Of a DNA stretch of 15,840 bases, positions 7,535-14,648 are shown one piece after another. The DNA is taken from the IMG/VR virus record IMGVR_UViG_3300023174_000136, positions 64,001 through 79,840 of that record; one strand, given 5' to 3'. The first letter of the stretch is position 1. Each line of letters opens with the position of its first letter. The stretch comes from a virus (lineage: Duplodnaviria > Heunggongvirae > Uroviricota > Caudoviricetes). A program made the translations under genes and the position numbers. The notes under the pieces were generated by a model. The model had not been told where the DNA came from, ran no database searches, and was given only the letters and a program-made list of their open reading frames with translations.

Positions 7535-7710
7535 AGGATGATTTCAGCAACCCATTTTAGTATCTTCGGATACTTTCATGATAGGTAACACGGTCACTGA
7601 GCAACTACGGTTGTCTTATACTCTTTACCACCGACCTAGAGGAACTAGGAGTAGGTGTCTCCTCCGAAAGGGAGGCTAGGTTAGTCCACCAATAAAAAGG
7701 CGCATCCTGT
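7535..7710 (+). ncRNA. candidate structured RNA element 1 (closing stem AGGATG/CATCCT, TTTCAGCAAC motif, internal tetraloop hairpins)
   Basis: No ORF. Hairpins with C(TTCG)G at 7559-7574, C(TACG)G at 7602-7613 and C(GAAA)G at 7661-7675. Ends match element 2. Confidence 0.6.
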
Positions 7711-7722
7711 TATACAAGTTTT

Positions 7723-7777
7723 AGGATCCTTACCGCAACTAAAAATTTCAGCTATTATGAAAAAAAGCGGATCCTGT
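7723..7777 (+). ncRNA. candidate structured RNA element 2 (closing stem AGGATCC/GGATCCT, TTACCGCAAC motif)
   Basis: Short copy of the element 1 scaffold, with an internal 5-bp stem and 7-nt loop (7746-7762). Confidence 0.55.
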
Positions 7778-7809
7778 TTTTAACGTCTTAACAAAATGGA
7801 GAATATAAA

Positions 7810-8277
7810 ATGAAGAACGTACTTATCGCAGCAGCCGCTGCTGTTACACTCGCTGCTACTCCTGCTCTAGCAAATGACTTTACCGGTCCCCGTATTGAAG
7901 CAACTGCTGGTTATCAGGATGTAACTAATAACCGCACTAATCTTACTTACGGTGCCAATGCTGGCTACGACATCAAGGTCGTTGGTCCAGTTCGTGCTGG
8001 CGTTGAAGTTGGTGTAGACAATGTGTTTGATCGTCGCAATCTCAATGCAGGCGCCCGGTTGGGTCTTGTGTTGAGCAGCCATGCTCTTGCGTATGCAAAG
8101 ATCAGCTATTCTAACTATCGTGACATTAATCTTGTTAATCTTGACGGCGCTCGTTTTGGCGGCGGACTTGAATTGAAGATTGCAGGACCAGTTTACACCA
8201 AGGTTGAATACCGTCATGCAGACTTCGGTGGTACCAAGTCCAATGATGCAATTGCTGGCATCGGCGTAAGGTTTTAA
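7810..8277 (+). CDS. outer-membrane beta-barrel protein (porin-family/OMP, sphingomonad-like)
   Basis: Ala-rich signal peptide ending PALA, FTGPRIEATAG start, alternating beta-strands, KVEYR motif, C-terminal GIGVRF with terminal Phe. GGAG RBS. Confidence 0.85.
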   Translation: MKNVLIAAAAAVTLAATPALANDFTGPRIEATAGYQDVTNNRTNLTYGANAGYDIKVVGPVRAGVEVGVDNVFDRRNLNAGARLGLVLSSHALAYAKISYSNYRDINLVNLDGARFGGGLELKIAGPVYTKVEYRHADFGGTKSNDAIAGIGVRF

Positions 8278-8283
8278 TTAACG

Positions 8284-8649
8284 ATGACTATACTGTGGCT
8301 GCTAGTAGCATTTCAAATTAAACATTTTATTCTTGATTTCTATTGGCAGCCACCGTGGATGTGGCAACATAAAGGCACATTTGGACATTGGGGTGGCATA
8401 CTCCATTCTGGAATACATGCACTTGTTACTTACTATATTTTATTAACTTGTGTCCCAATCTCGCTCGCCGCACTCATAATGATTTTTGAATTCGTAGTTC
8501 ATTATTTGACAGATTATGCAAAAATGAATATAAACCGAATCAAAGAATGGAAATGCAACACTCATAACGAATTCTGGCAGTTAACAGGATTAGATCAACT
8601 AATTCATCAACTGACTTATGTTGCAATTATATATTTTATAACATATTAA
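8284..8649 (+). CDS. DUF3307-like membrane protein
   Basis: KHFILDF-x-x-Q, LHSGIH, HYLTD and LDQLIHQ His/Asp motifs in hydrophobic helices. Confidence 0.75.
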   Translation: MTILWLLVAFQIKHFILDFYWQPPWMWQHKGTFGHWGGILHSGIHALVTYYILLTCVPISLAALIMIFEFVVHYLTDYAKMNINRIKEWKCNTHNEFWQLTGLDQLIHQLTYVAIIYFITY

Positions 8650-8673
8650 ATAAATGGCATAGCCCAACCTTTC

Positions 8674-8702
8674 AAGCAGGCCTCAAAAGGGCCTGCTTTT
8701 TT
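8674..8702 (+). terminator. intrinsic (rho-independent) terminator
   Basis: GCAGGCC/GGCCTGC stem plus T.G pair, CAAAA loop, followed by a T6 run. Confidence 0.88.
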
Positions 8703-8704
8703 AT

Positions 8705-8732
8705 TTGATGCTGTGCAGTTTTGTGTTATACT
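8705..8732 (+). promoter_or_regulatory. probable extended -10 sigma70 promoter
   Basis: TTGATG (8705-8710), then TG-T-TATACT (8724-8732), just after the terminator. Confidence 0.5.
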
Positions 8733-8750
8733 AACGCAAAGGAGTTGTAT

Positions 8751-9065
8751 ATGATTAGTTTTAATTTTTGTATATCATGGCCACAAAAGCAGGTCGGAAG
8801 TGGTAAAGATTACTTCTATAAAGAAGGCAATCTTTGGAGAACAAAGCATTGGGAAATTCAATGCTCAAAGATAGGCAACGAATTACTAGGATTCCAATTT
8901 AGGTTGGATCCTGTTGGCTCAGACCACGGCGGGTTGCATATTGAGTTTAATTTCATGAGACGTATGTTAGCATTTGCCATCTACGATAGTCGCCACTGGA
9001 ACTATGAAGAAAATCGCTGGTATAAAGACGGCGAAGAAGATGATGGATATATTCCCTATGCTTAA
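8751..9065 (+). CDS. phage hypothetical protein (104 aa)
   Basis: AAGGAG RBS before ATG8751. Aromatic-rich DHGG...YDSRHWNYE pattern. Confidence 0.7.
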   Translation: MISFNFCISWPQKQVGSGKDYFYKEGNLWRTKHWEIQCSKIGNELLGFQFRLDPVGSDHGGLHIEFNFMRRMLAFAIYDSRHWNYEENRWYKDGEEDDGYIPYA

Positions 9066-9228
9066 TGAAGTTGAAAAATTCGTAGGCGAACTCAGAGACC
9101 TCCGCGAACGTGTTACACGCTACGAAGAGGCGTTGATGAAGATTGAAAAGTTTGGACACGGGTACGGTCACGGTCACGGTTATACCTGTGCAGATATTGC
9201 AAAAGAAGCACTCAACCACACATTATAG
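9058..9228 (+). CDS. small hypothetical protein with coiled coil and GHGYGHGHGY tract
   Basis: Open frame overlapping the previous stop. Start uncertain (9040/9043/9058). Ends in TAG. Confidence 0.55.
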   Translation: MLNEVEKFVGELRDLRERVTRYEEALMKIEKFGHGYGHGHGYTCADIAKEALNHTL

Positions 9229-9229
9229 G

Positions 9230-9236
9230 ATAAATA
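9230..9236 (+). promoter_or_regulatory. T4-like late promoter element ATAAATA
   Basis: ATAAATA ends 5 nt before ATG9242, with no SD between them. The same geometry occurs at 14621 and 15144. Confidence 0.55.
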
Positions 9237-9241
9237 TTCTT

Positions 9242-10510
9242 ATGTTAATGGCATTTTTAACACTACTATCTGGTCTTATGATCAGCGGTGTCGCAATTTA
9301 TTATTCTGTAGCAGGGCTTACTAGCATTTTTGCTGCTGCCGTAATTCCGATTATAGTAATGGGCGTCAGCCTGGAACTAGCAAAACTTGTAGTTACAGTA
9401 TGGCTTAAACAGAACTGGAGAAGTGCTCCCTGGCTTCTACGCACCTATTTGATTATCTCTGTAGTCGTATTGATGTTTATTACATCTATAGGAATTTTTG
9501 GATTCCTTAGTAAATCTCACAGTGATCATTCTCTGGTCAGTGGCGATGTGCAGGCAAAAGTTGCAATTTATGATCAAAAGATCCAAACTGCACAGGAAAA
9601 CATCAATGCCAATCGTAAGGCTTTGCAACAAATGGATGCAGCAGTTGATCAAACACTTGGTCGTACCACTGATGAACGCGGCGCTGCTAACGCTGTTTCA
9701 ATTCGTAGGTCACAAACCCGTGAGCGCACACGGCTTAACAATGAGATAGTAACTAATCAAGAAGTGATTGCCAAGCTCAATGATGAGTCAGCACCAATAA
9801 GAGCGGATATTCGCAAGGTAGAGGCAGAGGTCGGCCCAATCAAATATATTGCACAGATGATCTATGGTCCAAATCCCGACGAAAGTATTTTAGAAAAGGC
9901 GGTCAGTTGGATCATTATTCTTATTGTCATAGTTTTTGATCCTCTTGCAATTAGTTTGCTGCTTGCAAGTCAACATAGTTTCAATCTAGTCATGGAACAA
10001 CGCAGACGAGTTGAGGTAAATGATCCATTCGCCGATGAGTTATTGAATCAAACTGGCACGGTCAATCCGGATATTGATTTAGAGTATGATGATCATTGTG
10101 TAACTACAGGCGACATGTATTGTGATCATGATCAGGAATGCGATGTAGAGAAAGTTCTGTTTCCAGCATCCATTGAAGAAGTAGTAGCTGATGAAATGCA
10201 AGAAATTCCGGTTGATAATATCAGAGTTATGACCGCAGATGACATTGGTCTTTACAATGAAATGGTTGAAAAAACTCCTGAGTTCATTGAGCCAACGATT
10301 ACACACACAGCCGATAGTATTATCATTGAAGATGCTGACGGCAAGCAGGTAATTCCAGTAGAACATTCTCCTCCTTTAATTTCAGGAGACTATGTTCAAA
10401 ATGAAGAGCAAAAAGAGAGTAGCGCCTGGAGTAAGATTGCTAATTCAATCACTGAGGAAGAATATTTAACTGCTGCTAATAATAGGCGATATGAAAAAGA
10501 TCAATCATGA
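9242..10510 (+). CDS. multi-pass membrane protein with long coiled coil and acidic C-terminal tail (large-phage conserved type)
   Basis: Three N-terminal hydrophobic helices (ISGVAIYYSVAGL, LELAKL, ITSIGIFGFLSK), a ~120-aa coiled coil, then a further TM segment IVIVFDPLAISLL. Start moved from the track's 9143 to ATG9242. Confidence 0.75.
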   Translation: MLMAFLTLLSGLMISGVAIYYSVAGLTSIFAAAVIPIIVMGVSLELAKLVVTVWLKQNWRSAPWLLRTYLIISVVVLMFITSIGIFGFLSKSHSDHSLVSGDVQAKVAIYDQKIQTAQENINANRKALQQMDAAVDQTLGRTTDERGAANAVSIRRSQTRERTRLNNEIVTNQEVIAKLNDESAPIRADIRKVEAEVGPIKYIAQMIYGPNPDESILEKAVSWIIILIVIVFDPLAISLLLASQHSFNLVMEQRRRVEVNDPFADELLNQTGTVNPDIDLEYDDHCVTTGDMYCDHDQECDVEKVLFPASIEEVVADEMQEIPVDNIRVMTADDIGLYNEMVEKTPEFIEPTITHTADSIIIEDADGKQVIPVEHSPPLISGDYVQNEEQKESSAWSKIANSITEEEYLTAANNRRYEKDQS

Positions 10511-10902
10511 CATCAAAAATAACCTTAATTACCCCTCCTGATTTTTTTGAAAACGATAACTTTAGTATACTGTTGATGGGATTATCCGAAGAAGATCAAA
10601 TTGTGGCCAGCGAGTGGCTAGGAAATAATCCCATCCAAAAAAACATTAACGTTTATTTCTACAACGGAGAAACTGATGTTTCATGGCTTCTATATGCTGT
10701 TGCGAGGACCGATGTAAAGTTCCTAAGTTATAACAACAATCATGCTATATTAGATTTAATGGGTGGATATATTTTGAGTAAGCCTAATAGTTTTTATACT
10801 ACAGGCGATGTAAATCTAAAAATGTTAATAAACCACATAAATAATGGATTCGTGCATGATATTACTGAATTTTTAGAAAAGGTTTTCAATGAACAAGGAT
10901 GA
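10507..10902 (+). CDS. hypothetical protein (131 aa)
   Basis: ATGA overlap with the upstream gene and 14-nt overlap with clpX. Confidence 0.7.
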   Translation: MTSKITLITPPDFFENDNFSILLMGLSEEDQIVASEWLGNNPIQKNINVYFYNGETDVSWLLYAVARTDVKFLSYNNNHAILDLMGGYILSKPNSFYTTGDVNLKMLINHINNGFVHDITEFLEKVFNEQG

Positions 10903-12133
10903 TAAGGACCGTGTCTGCAATTTTTGTGGTAAAGACAAACGTGATGTTGAAACACTAATTATAGGCACTGATGTAGGTATTTGCAGCGAGTGTGTCACTC
11001 TTTGTTCAAAAATTCTTAATGACGAGAAGGTCAAACAATTTCCAAATAATGATATCAGAAAAAAACTGAATCCCAGTAAGATCAAGGATTATCTTGATCA
11101 ATATATCATTGGTCAAGATAATGCAAAGATTGCATTATCGGTAGGAGTCGCTCAACATTATAAGAGAATATTTAATCCTGTTGATACTATAAAGTTGGAT
11201 AAAACCAATGTTCTGTTAATAGGACCCACAGGATGTGGCAAAACTGCGCTGGTTAAACATATTGCAGAATACCTAGATCTTCCAGTTGCAATCTGTGATG
11301 CTACTGGACTCACAGAATCCGGATATGTAGGCGATGATGTTGAAAGTGTCCTGTCAAGATTGCTCACAGTATCTAATGATGATGTTGATCGTGCTCAACG
11401 CGGAATTATTTACATCGACGAAATTGACAAGATTGCCAGAAAGGGAGAAAATGTTTCAATTACTCGCGATGTTTCTGGTGAGGGAGTTCAGCAGGCATTA
11501 TTGAAGATGATTGAAGGCACTATTGCAAGAGTTCCAATGGGCGGAAAGCGGAAGCATCCCAAAGGCGAAATGCAAGATATTGATACGACGAATATCTTGT
11601 TTATATGCAGCGGAGCATTCGTTGGTCTAGATAAAATAATTGAAAAACGTGACAATACCAGTTCTATGGGATTCAATAATCAAGTAATAGATCATTCAAA
11701 AAAGATAAATGTTTATGACGGACACACTACCAAGGATTTAATAAATTATGGAATGATTCCAGAGTTTGTAGGAAGATTTGGGCTCACTGTGAATGTTAAT
11801 GAACTTACTGTCGATGATCTAGTGTCAATTCTCAAGGATACAAAAAACAGTATCATCCAACAGTATCAATATATTTTCAAACTCGACGGCGTAGACCTAC
11901 AGTTTGAAGATGATGCATTGGTTGAAATTGCTGTTAAAGCCAAAGAACTAAAAACAAATGCTCGCGGCTTGAAACAGATCATTGAAAAAATATTAATTAA
12001 CTACCAATTTGAAGCCATGGACCTTGTTGAAAGAGGCTTGAAAAAAATTATGATAACTAAAGATACAGTCCTTAATAGCAAGGCCGTTTTAACATTTGAT
12101 AAAGAGAATGACGAAAAAATACAACAACTATAA
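10889..12133 (+). CDS. clpX: ATP-dependent Clp protease ATP-binding subunit ClpX
   Basis: C4 zinc domain (CNFC...CSEC), Walker A GPTGCGKT, pore-1 GYVG, Walker [12 protein letters not shown] loop, [17 protein letters not shown] docking loop, PEFVGRF, ARGLK. Confidence 0.95.
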   Translation: MNKDDKDRVCNFCGKDKRDVETLIIGTDVGICSECVTLCSKILNDEKVKQFPNNDIRKKLNPSKIKDYLDQYIIGQDNAKIALSVGVAQHYKRIFNPVDTIKLDKTNVLLIGPTGCGKTALVKHIAEYLDLPVAICDATGLTESGYVGDDVESVLSRLLTVSNDDVDRAQRGIIYIDEIDKIARKGENVSITRDVSGEGVQQALLKMIEGTIARVPMGGKRKHPKGEMQDIDTTNILFICSGAFVGLDKIIEKRDNTSSMGFNNQVIDHSKKINVYDGHTTKDLINYGMIPEFVGRFGLTVNVNELTVDDLVSILKDTKNSIIQQYQYIFKLDGVDLQFEDDALVEIAVKAKELKTNARGLKQIIEKILINYQFEAMDLVERGLKKIMITKDTVLNSKAVLTFDKENDEKIQQL

Positions 12134-12359
12134 TCGCGAGAATACTGTTTACTTCACTGGACTTAATGTAGAAGTAACGAATGATAATTTTAATGCCGCA
12201 CTACGAAAGTTTAAACGTAAAGTGGATGATTCAGGTGTATTAATTGAGTATGTAAAACGCAGACATTATGAAAAGCCTAGTGTTAAGCGCAGACGAGAAA
12301 AAGGTGCCGCGCGTTCTCGCTGGCTAAAAAAAGAAAGAAAGTTATCCTCTGATGGCTAA
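12108..12359 (+). CDS. rpsU: ribosomal protein bS21 (phage-encoded)
   Basis: VEV-x4[18 protein letters not shown] and [14 protein letters not shown] match the S21 signature. N-terminal extension. ATG12108 preferred. Confidence 0.88.
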   Translation: MTKKYNNYNRENTVYFTGLNVEVTNDNFNAALRKFKRKVDDSGVLIEYVKRRHYEKPSVKRRREKGAARSRWLKKERKLSSDG

Positions 12360-12594
12360 AGAAATTCCCGAGCATAAAGATGCGCTCGGCCGATTGATTA
12401 CTATTGACAGTTGTGTTGCATATCCTGAAGGCAACCATCTTAAGATTGGTAAAGTTTTGAGACTCAATCCTAAAATGATCCGTGTCGCTGGACTAGGAAA
12501 TAGATACAAGTATGAATCAAACAAATATCCTCAAGATACTGTTGTACTGGATAGCTCCTATGTTACTATGTTCATGCTAAAAATTCCTTCTTGA
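12352..12594 (+). CDS. small hypothetical protein (possible SH3/KOW-like beta-barrel)
   Basis: 8-nt overlap with rpsU. HKDALGR...VAY...IGKV...KMIRV pattern. Confidence 0.65.
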   Translation: MAKEIPEHKDALGRLITIDSCVAYPEGNHLKIGKVLRLNPKMIRVAGLGNRYKYESNKYPQDTVVLDSSYVTMFMLKIPS

Positions 12595-12619
12595 CCATTG
12601 TTATACACTAAGCTATAAT
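12591..12619 (+). promoter_or_regulatory. sigma70-type promoter for the tRNA-containing unit
   Basis: TTGACC (12591-12596), 17-bp spacer, TATAAT (12614-12619). Confidence 0.85.
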
Positions 12620-12635
12620 AATCCTATAAACTAAT

Positions 12636-12710
12636 GCGCTCGAAACTGTATTGGTATAGAGAGGCCTCTAAAGCCTGAGGTAGCGGGTTCGAGTCCTGCC
12701 GAGCGCGCCA
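12636..12710 (+). tRNA. tRNA with CUA anticodon (amber suppressor-type), Arg-like body, weak D arm
   Basis: Acceptor GCGCTCG/CGAGCGC, discriminator G, encoded CCA. T arm GCGGG-TTCGAGT-CCTGC. Anticodon arm AGGC-[CT CTA AA]-GCCT, anticodon at 12668-12670. Confidence 0.82.
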
Positions 12711-12729
12711 TTTTTTAAAAGGAGTTCTT

Positions 12730-13137
12730 ATGACTAAGGTCGTGTACAATGATTGCTATGGTGGATTCGGCCTCTCGCATGAAGCTATCATGCGTTATGC
12801 TGAGATTAAGGGAATCACTCTGTATGTTAATGAGCAGAAGTTTGGCGGCAATTCCTACGCGACCGTTCCTTGGGATGAATATGATCGTATTCACGCTGAA
12901 TGCCTCGAGGAAGGCAACTATCGCCGTGCGAATGAGCTGTATTTCAGTGTCAGTGACATTGATCGCGCTGATCCTGCATTAGTTCAAGTCGTAGAGGAAC
13001 TTGGAGAAGCAGCTAATGACCAGTTTGCCAAGTTGAGGATCGAAGAGCTTTCGCCTGGTACTATGTATCGTATTGATGAGTACGACGGCAACGAGTCCGT
13101 CATGACACAAGATTCATATGACTGGCGAATTGCATAA
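12730..13137 (+). CDS. conserved phage hypothetical protein (KVV-N-CYGGFGLS ... R-DP-LVQVVEELG ... I-EYDG-ESV type)
   Basis: AAGGAG RBS and a motif pattern typical of a widespread uncharacterised phage family. Confidence 0.8.
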   Translation: MTKVVYNDCYGGFGLSHEAIMRYAEIKGITLYVNEQKFGGNSYATVPWDEYDRIHAECLEEGNYRRANELYFSVSDIDRADPALVQVVEELGEAANDQFAKLRIEELSPGTMYRIDEYDGNESVMTQDSYDWRIA

Positions 13138-13300
13138 TTATTGGGAACATGGAGTATGGAGTTGTATGCACTGTGGATGGATCCTAAAGTTTGGCCTTGG
13201 TCGGACTGATGTTGATACATGGTGTGACCGATGTCATGGACCACTAGATAAGATTAGAGAGTGCGCCTGTAGCTCAATTGGCCAGAGCAGGAAATTCTAA
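13118..13300 (+). CDS. small CxxC...CxxC zinc-ribbon-like protein overlapping tRNA 2
   Basis: CMHC and CDRC pairs. 20-nt overlap with the upstream gene. Stop TAA falls inside the tRNA anticodon loop. Confidence 0.5.
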   Translation: MTGELHNYWEHGVWSCMHCGWILKFGLGRTDVDTWCDRCHGPLDKIRECACSSIGQSRKF

Positions 13301-13339
13301 CCTTCCGGGTTGTGGGTTCGAGTCCCATCAGGCGCACCA
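13263..13339 (+). tRNA. tRNA with CUA anticodon in the best-pairing register (alternative: distorted Arg-UCU)
   Basis: Acceptor GCGCCTG/CAGGCGC, A73, CCA. D arm GCTC/GAGC. Anticodon arm GGAAA-[TT CTA AC]-CTTCC with an A.C pair at 31-39. T arm GTGGG-TTCGAGT-CCCAT. Confidence 0.85.
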
Positions 13340-13355
13340 TTTTTGGAAATAAAAA

Positions 13356-13634
13356 TTGAAACATATTAAGCACTGGCGTGTAATTGGTGAATTAACTGAA
13401 GATGAACTTCGTTGGTTGTACATTAATAAATTTGATGTTGAGGTAGAACGTGATGAAATACATTATACAGTATTTGGTGGACGAAAAGTAACTATGCCAG
13501 ACGTAACAAAAATTAATATACAATCATTTGGCAATACTGCTGAAACAATGTTGTGCTTAAAATTTGGTAATAGAATCGTGTTGTTTTTTGAACGCTGGGT
13601 AGATGAGTTTCACGGCTGCACTGTTCAATTTTAA
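13356..13634 (+). CDS. hypothetical protein (92 aa)
   Basis: TTG start after GGAAA. The ORF fills the space after the tRNA. Confidence 0.55.
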   Translation: MKHIKHWRVIGELTEDELRWLYINKFDVEVERDEIHYTVFGGRKVTMPDVTKINIQSFGNTAETMLCLKFGNRIVLFFERWVDEFHGCTVQF

Positions 13635-13697
13635 AATATGGACAAAGATTACATGATGTAACAGTTTTATATTTTCAATCAAAGCCTTTATTGAAAT

Positions 13698-13705
13698 TAT
13701 AAATA
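13698..13705 (+). promoter_or_regulatory. T4-type late promoter TATAAATA
   Basis: Exact TATAAATA octamer in an intergenic position about 80 nt upstream of ATG13787. Confidence 0.6.
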
Positions 13706-13786
13706 TAGTTGTAGTTAATTCGAACTACAAGCTGACAGACTTTAAACATTAAGCACTTAGTCTGTGTGCTGTATAAAGGAAGTAAA

Positions 13787-14581
13787 ATGATGTATTCTAA
13801 TAAGGCCGCCTGTGCGGTAAAAGTAAACGGCAAAGTCCTCCGTGAATTCAAGGACACAGTGTTCATCCCATTCGGGTCAGAGTACTCAATTTTAATTAAA
13901 AATTTAAATTCTAAGCGAGCAATTTTCAACATCTTCATTGATGGAGACAATATTGTTCCAAATGGTCTCGTTCTCAACGCAGGCCAAGAAATTGATCTAG
14001 AACGTGCCATTCGAAATAATAATCTAAACGAAGGCAATCGTTTCAAGTTTATTGAACGCACTGGTGATATTGAAGAACATCGCGGGGTTAAGTTAGAAGA
14101 TGGATTGATCCGAGTTGAATATCAGTTCGAAAGAGAATATCCAAAACCTTATTATCCGTATTACGGATTGAATTCCAGACCATATTGGGAATATTCCCCA
14201 TATCTTCAAAATTGTACTTATTCTGGAAATTATGTCAAAGGAATGACAGCTTCACAAGTCAGTGCATCTGACAACACGCTATTTGGTAGTGTTGCAAATG
14301 CAACTATGAATTCATTCAATGCTGTACCTCAAAATGACACCGGTATCACTGTACCAGGTAGCAAGAGTGAACAGAAGTTCTCGACTGTTAGTAACTTTGC
14401 GCTGGACCCTGAAAAGCACAGTATGATAATTAGACTACTAGGCGAAACAGCAGACAACAAGCCCGTTGTTGCTCCTGTCACGGTTAAAGCCAAACAAAAG
14501 TGTGGTACATGTGGTACAACAAACAAGGCAACTGCTAAATTTTGCCATAAATGCGGTACTGCTCTTGTAATTTACGCTTAA
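13787..14581 (+). CDS. conserved hypothetical protein with beta-rich N-terminal domain and C-terminal double-CxxC zinc ribbon
   Basis: AAGGAAG RBS before ATG13787. EYSILIKN...IDG...LER...FKFIE pattern. C-terminal CGTCG...KFCHKCG. Confidence 0.8.
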   Translation: MMYSNKAACAVKVNGKVLREFKDTVFIPFGSEYSILIKNLNSKRAIFNIFIDGDNIVPNGLVLNAGQEIDLERAIRNNNLNEGNRFKFIERTGDIEEHRGVKLEDGLIRVEYQFEREYPKPYYPYYGLNSRPYWEYSPYLQNCTYSGNYVKGMTASQVSASDNTLFGSVANATMNSFNAVPQNDTGITVPGSKSEQKFSTVSNFALDPEKHSMIIRLLGETADNKPVVAPVTVKAKQKCGTCGTTNKATAKFCHKCGTALVIYA

Positions 14582-14603
14582 CAATTCGTTAATGATGGTG
14601 CAA

Positions 14604-14648
14604 CGATAAAAGTCCATCACATAAATACAGTATGCGAATTAATGAACT
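14604..14648 (+). repeat. 45-bp direct repeat copy A (upstream element + ATAAATA + first codons)
   Basis: CGATAAAAGTCCATCACATAAATACAGTATGCGAATTAATGAACT, 40/45 identical to 15127-15171. Confidence 0.9.

Noticed and set aside
7615-7690. Group I intron remnant (P3/P7-like pairings, TAGTCC)
   Set aside because: Only about 16 nt separate the putative P3 and P7 strands, leaving no room for P4-P6, and no interrupted gene flanks it.
7746-7762. Anticodon stem-loop mimic in element 2
   Set aside because: The 5-bp stem and 7-nt loop geometry fits, but the loop GCTATTA lacks the Y32-U33 and purine-37 pattern.
7521-7780. CRISPR mini-array
   Set aside because: The repeated ends are split around the insert rather than alternating with equal-length spacers, the insert lengths differ about fivefold, and no cas genes are present.
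12636-13339. Pyrrolysine tRNA interpretation of the CUA tRNAs
   Set aside because: Both have a canonical TTCGA T loop, GG in the D loop and a ~5-nt variable loop, and lack the 6-bp anticodon stem of tRNA-Pyl. No pyl genes are in the window.
14594-14618. GATGG/CCATC hairpin as terminator
   Set aside because: Only 5 bp with a 15-nt loop, no T-run, and not reproduced at repeat copy B.
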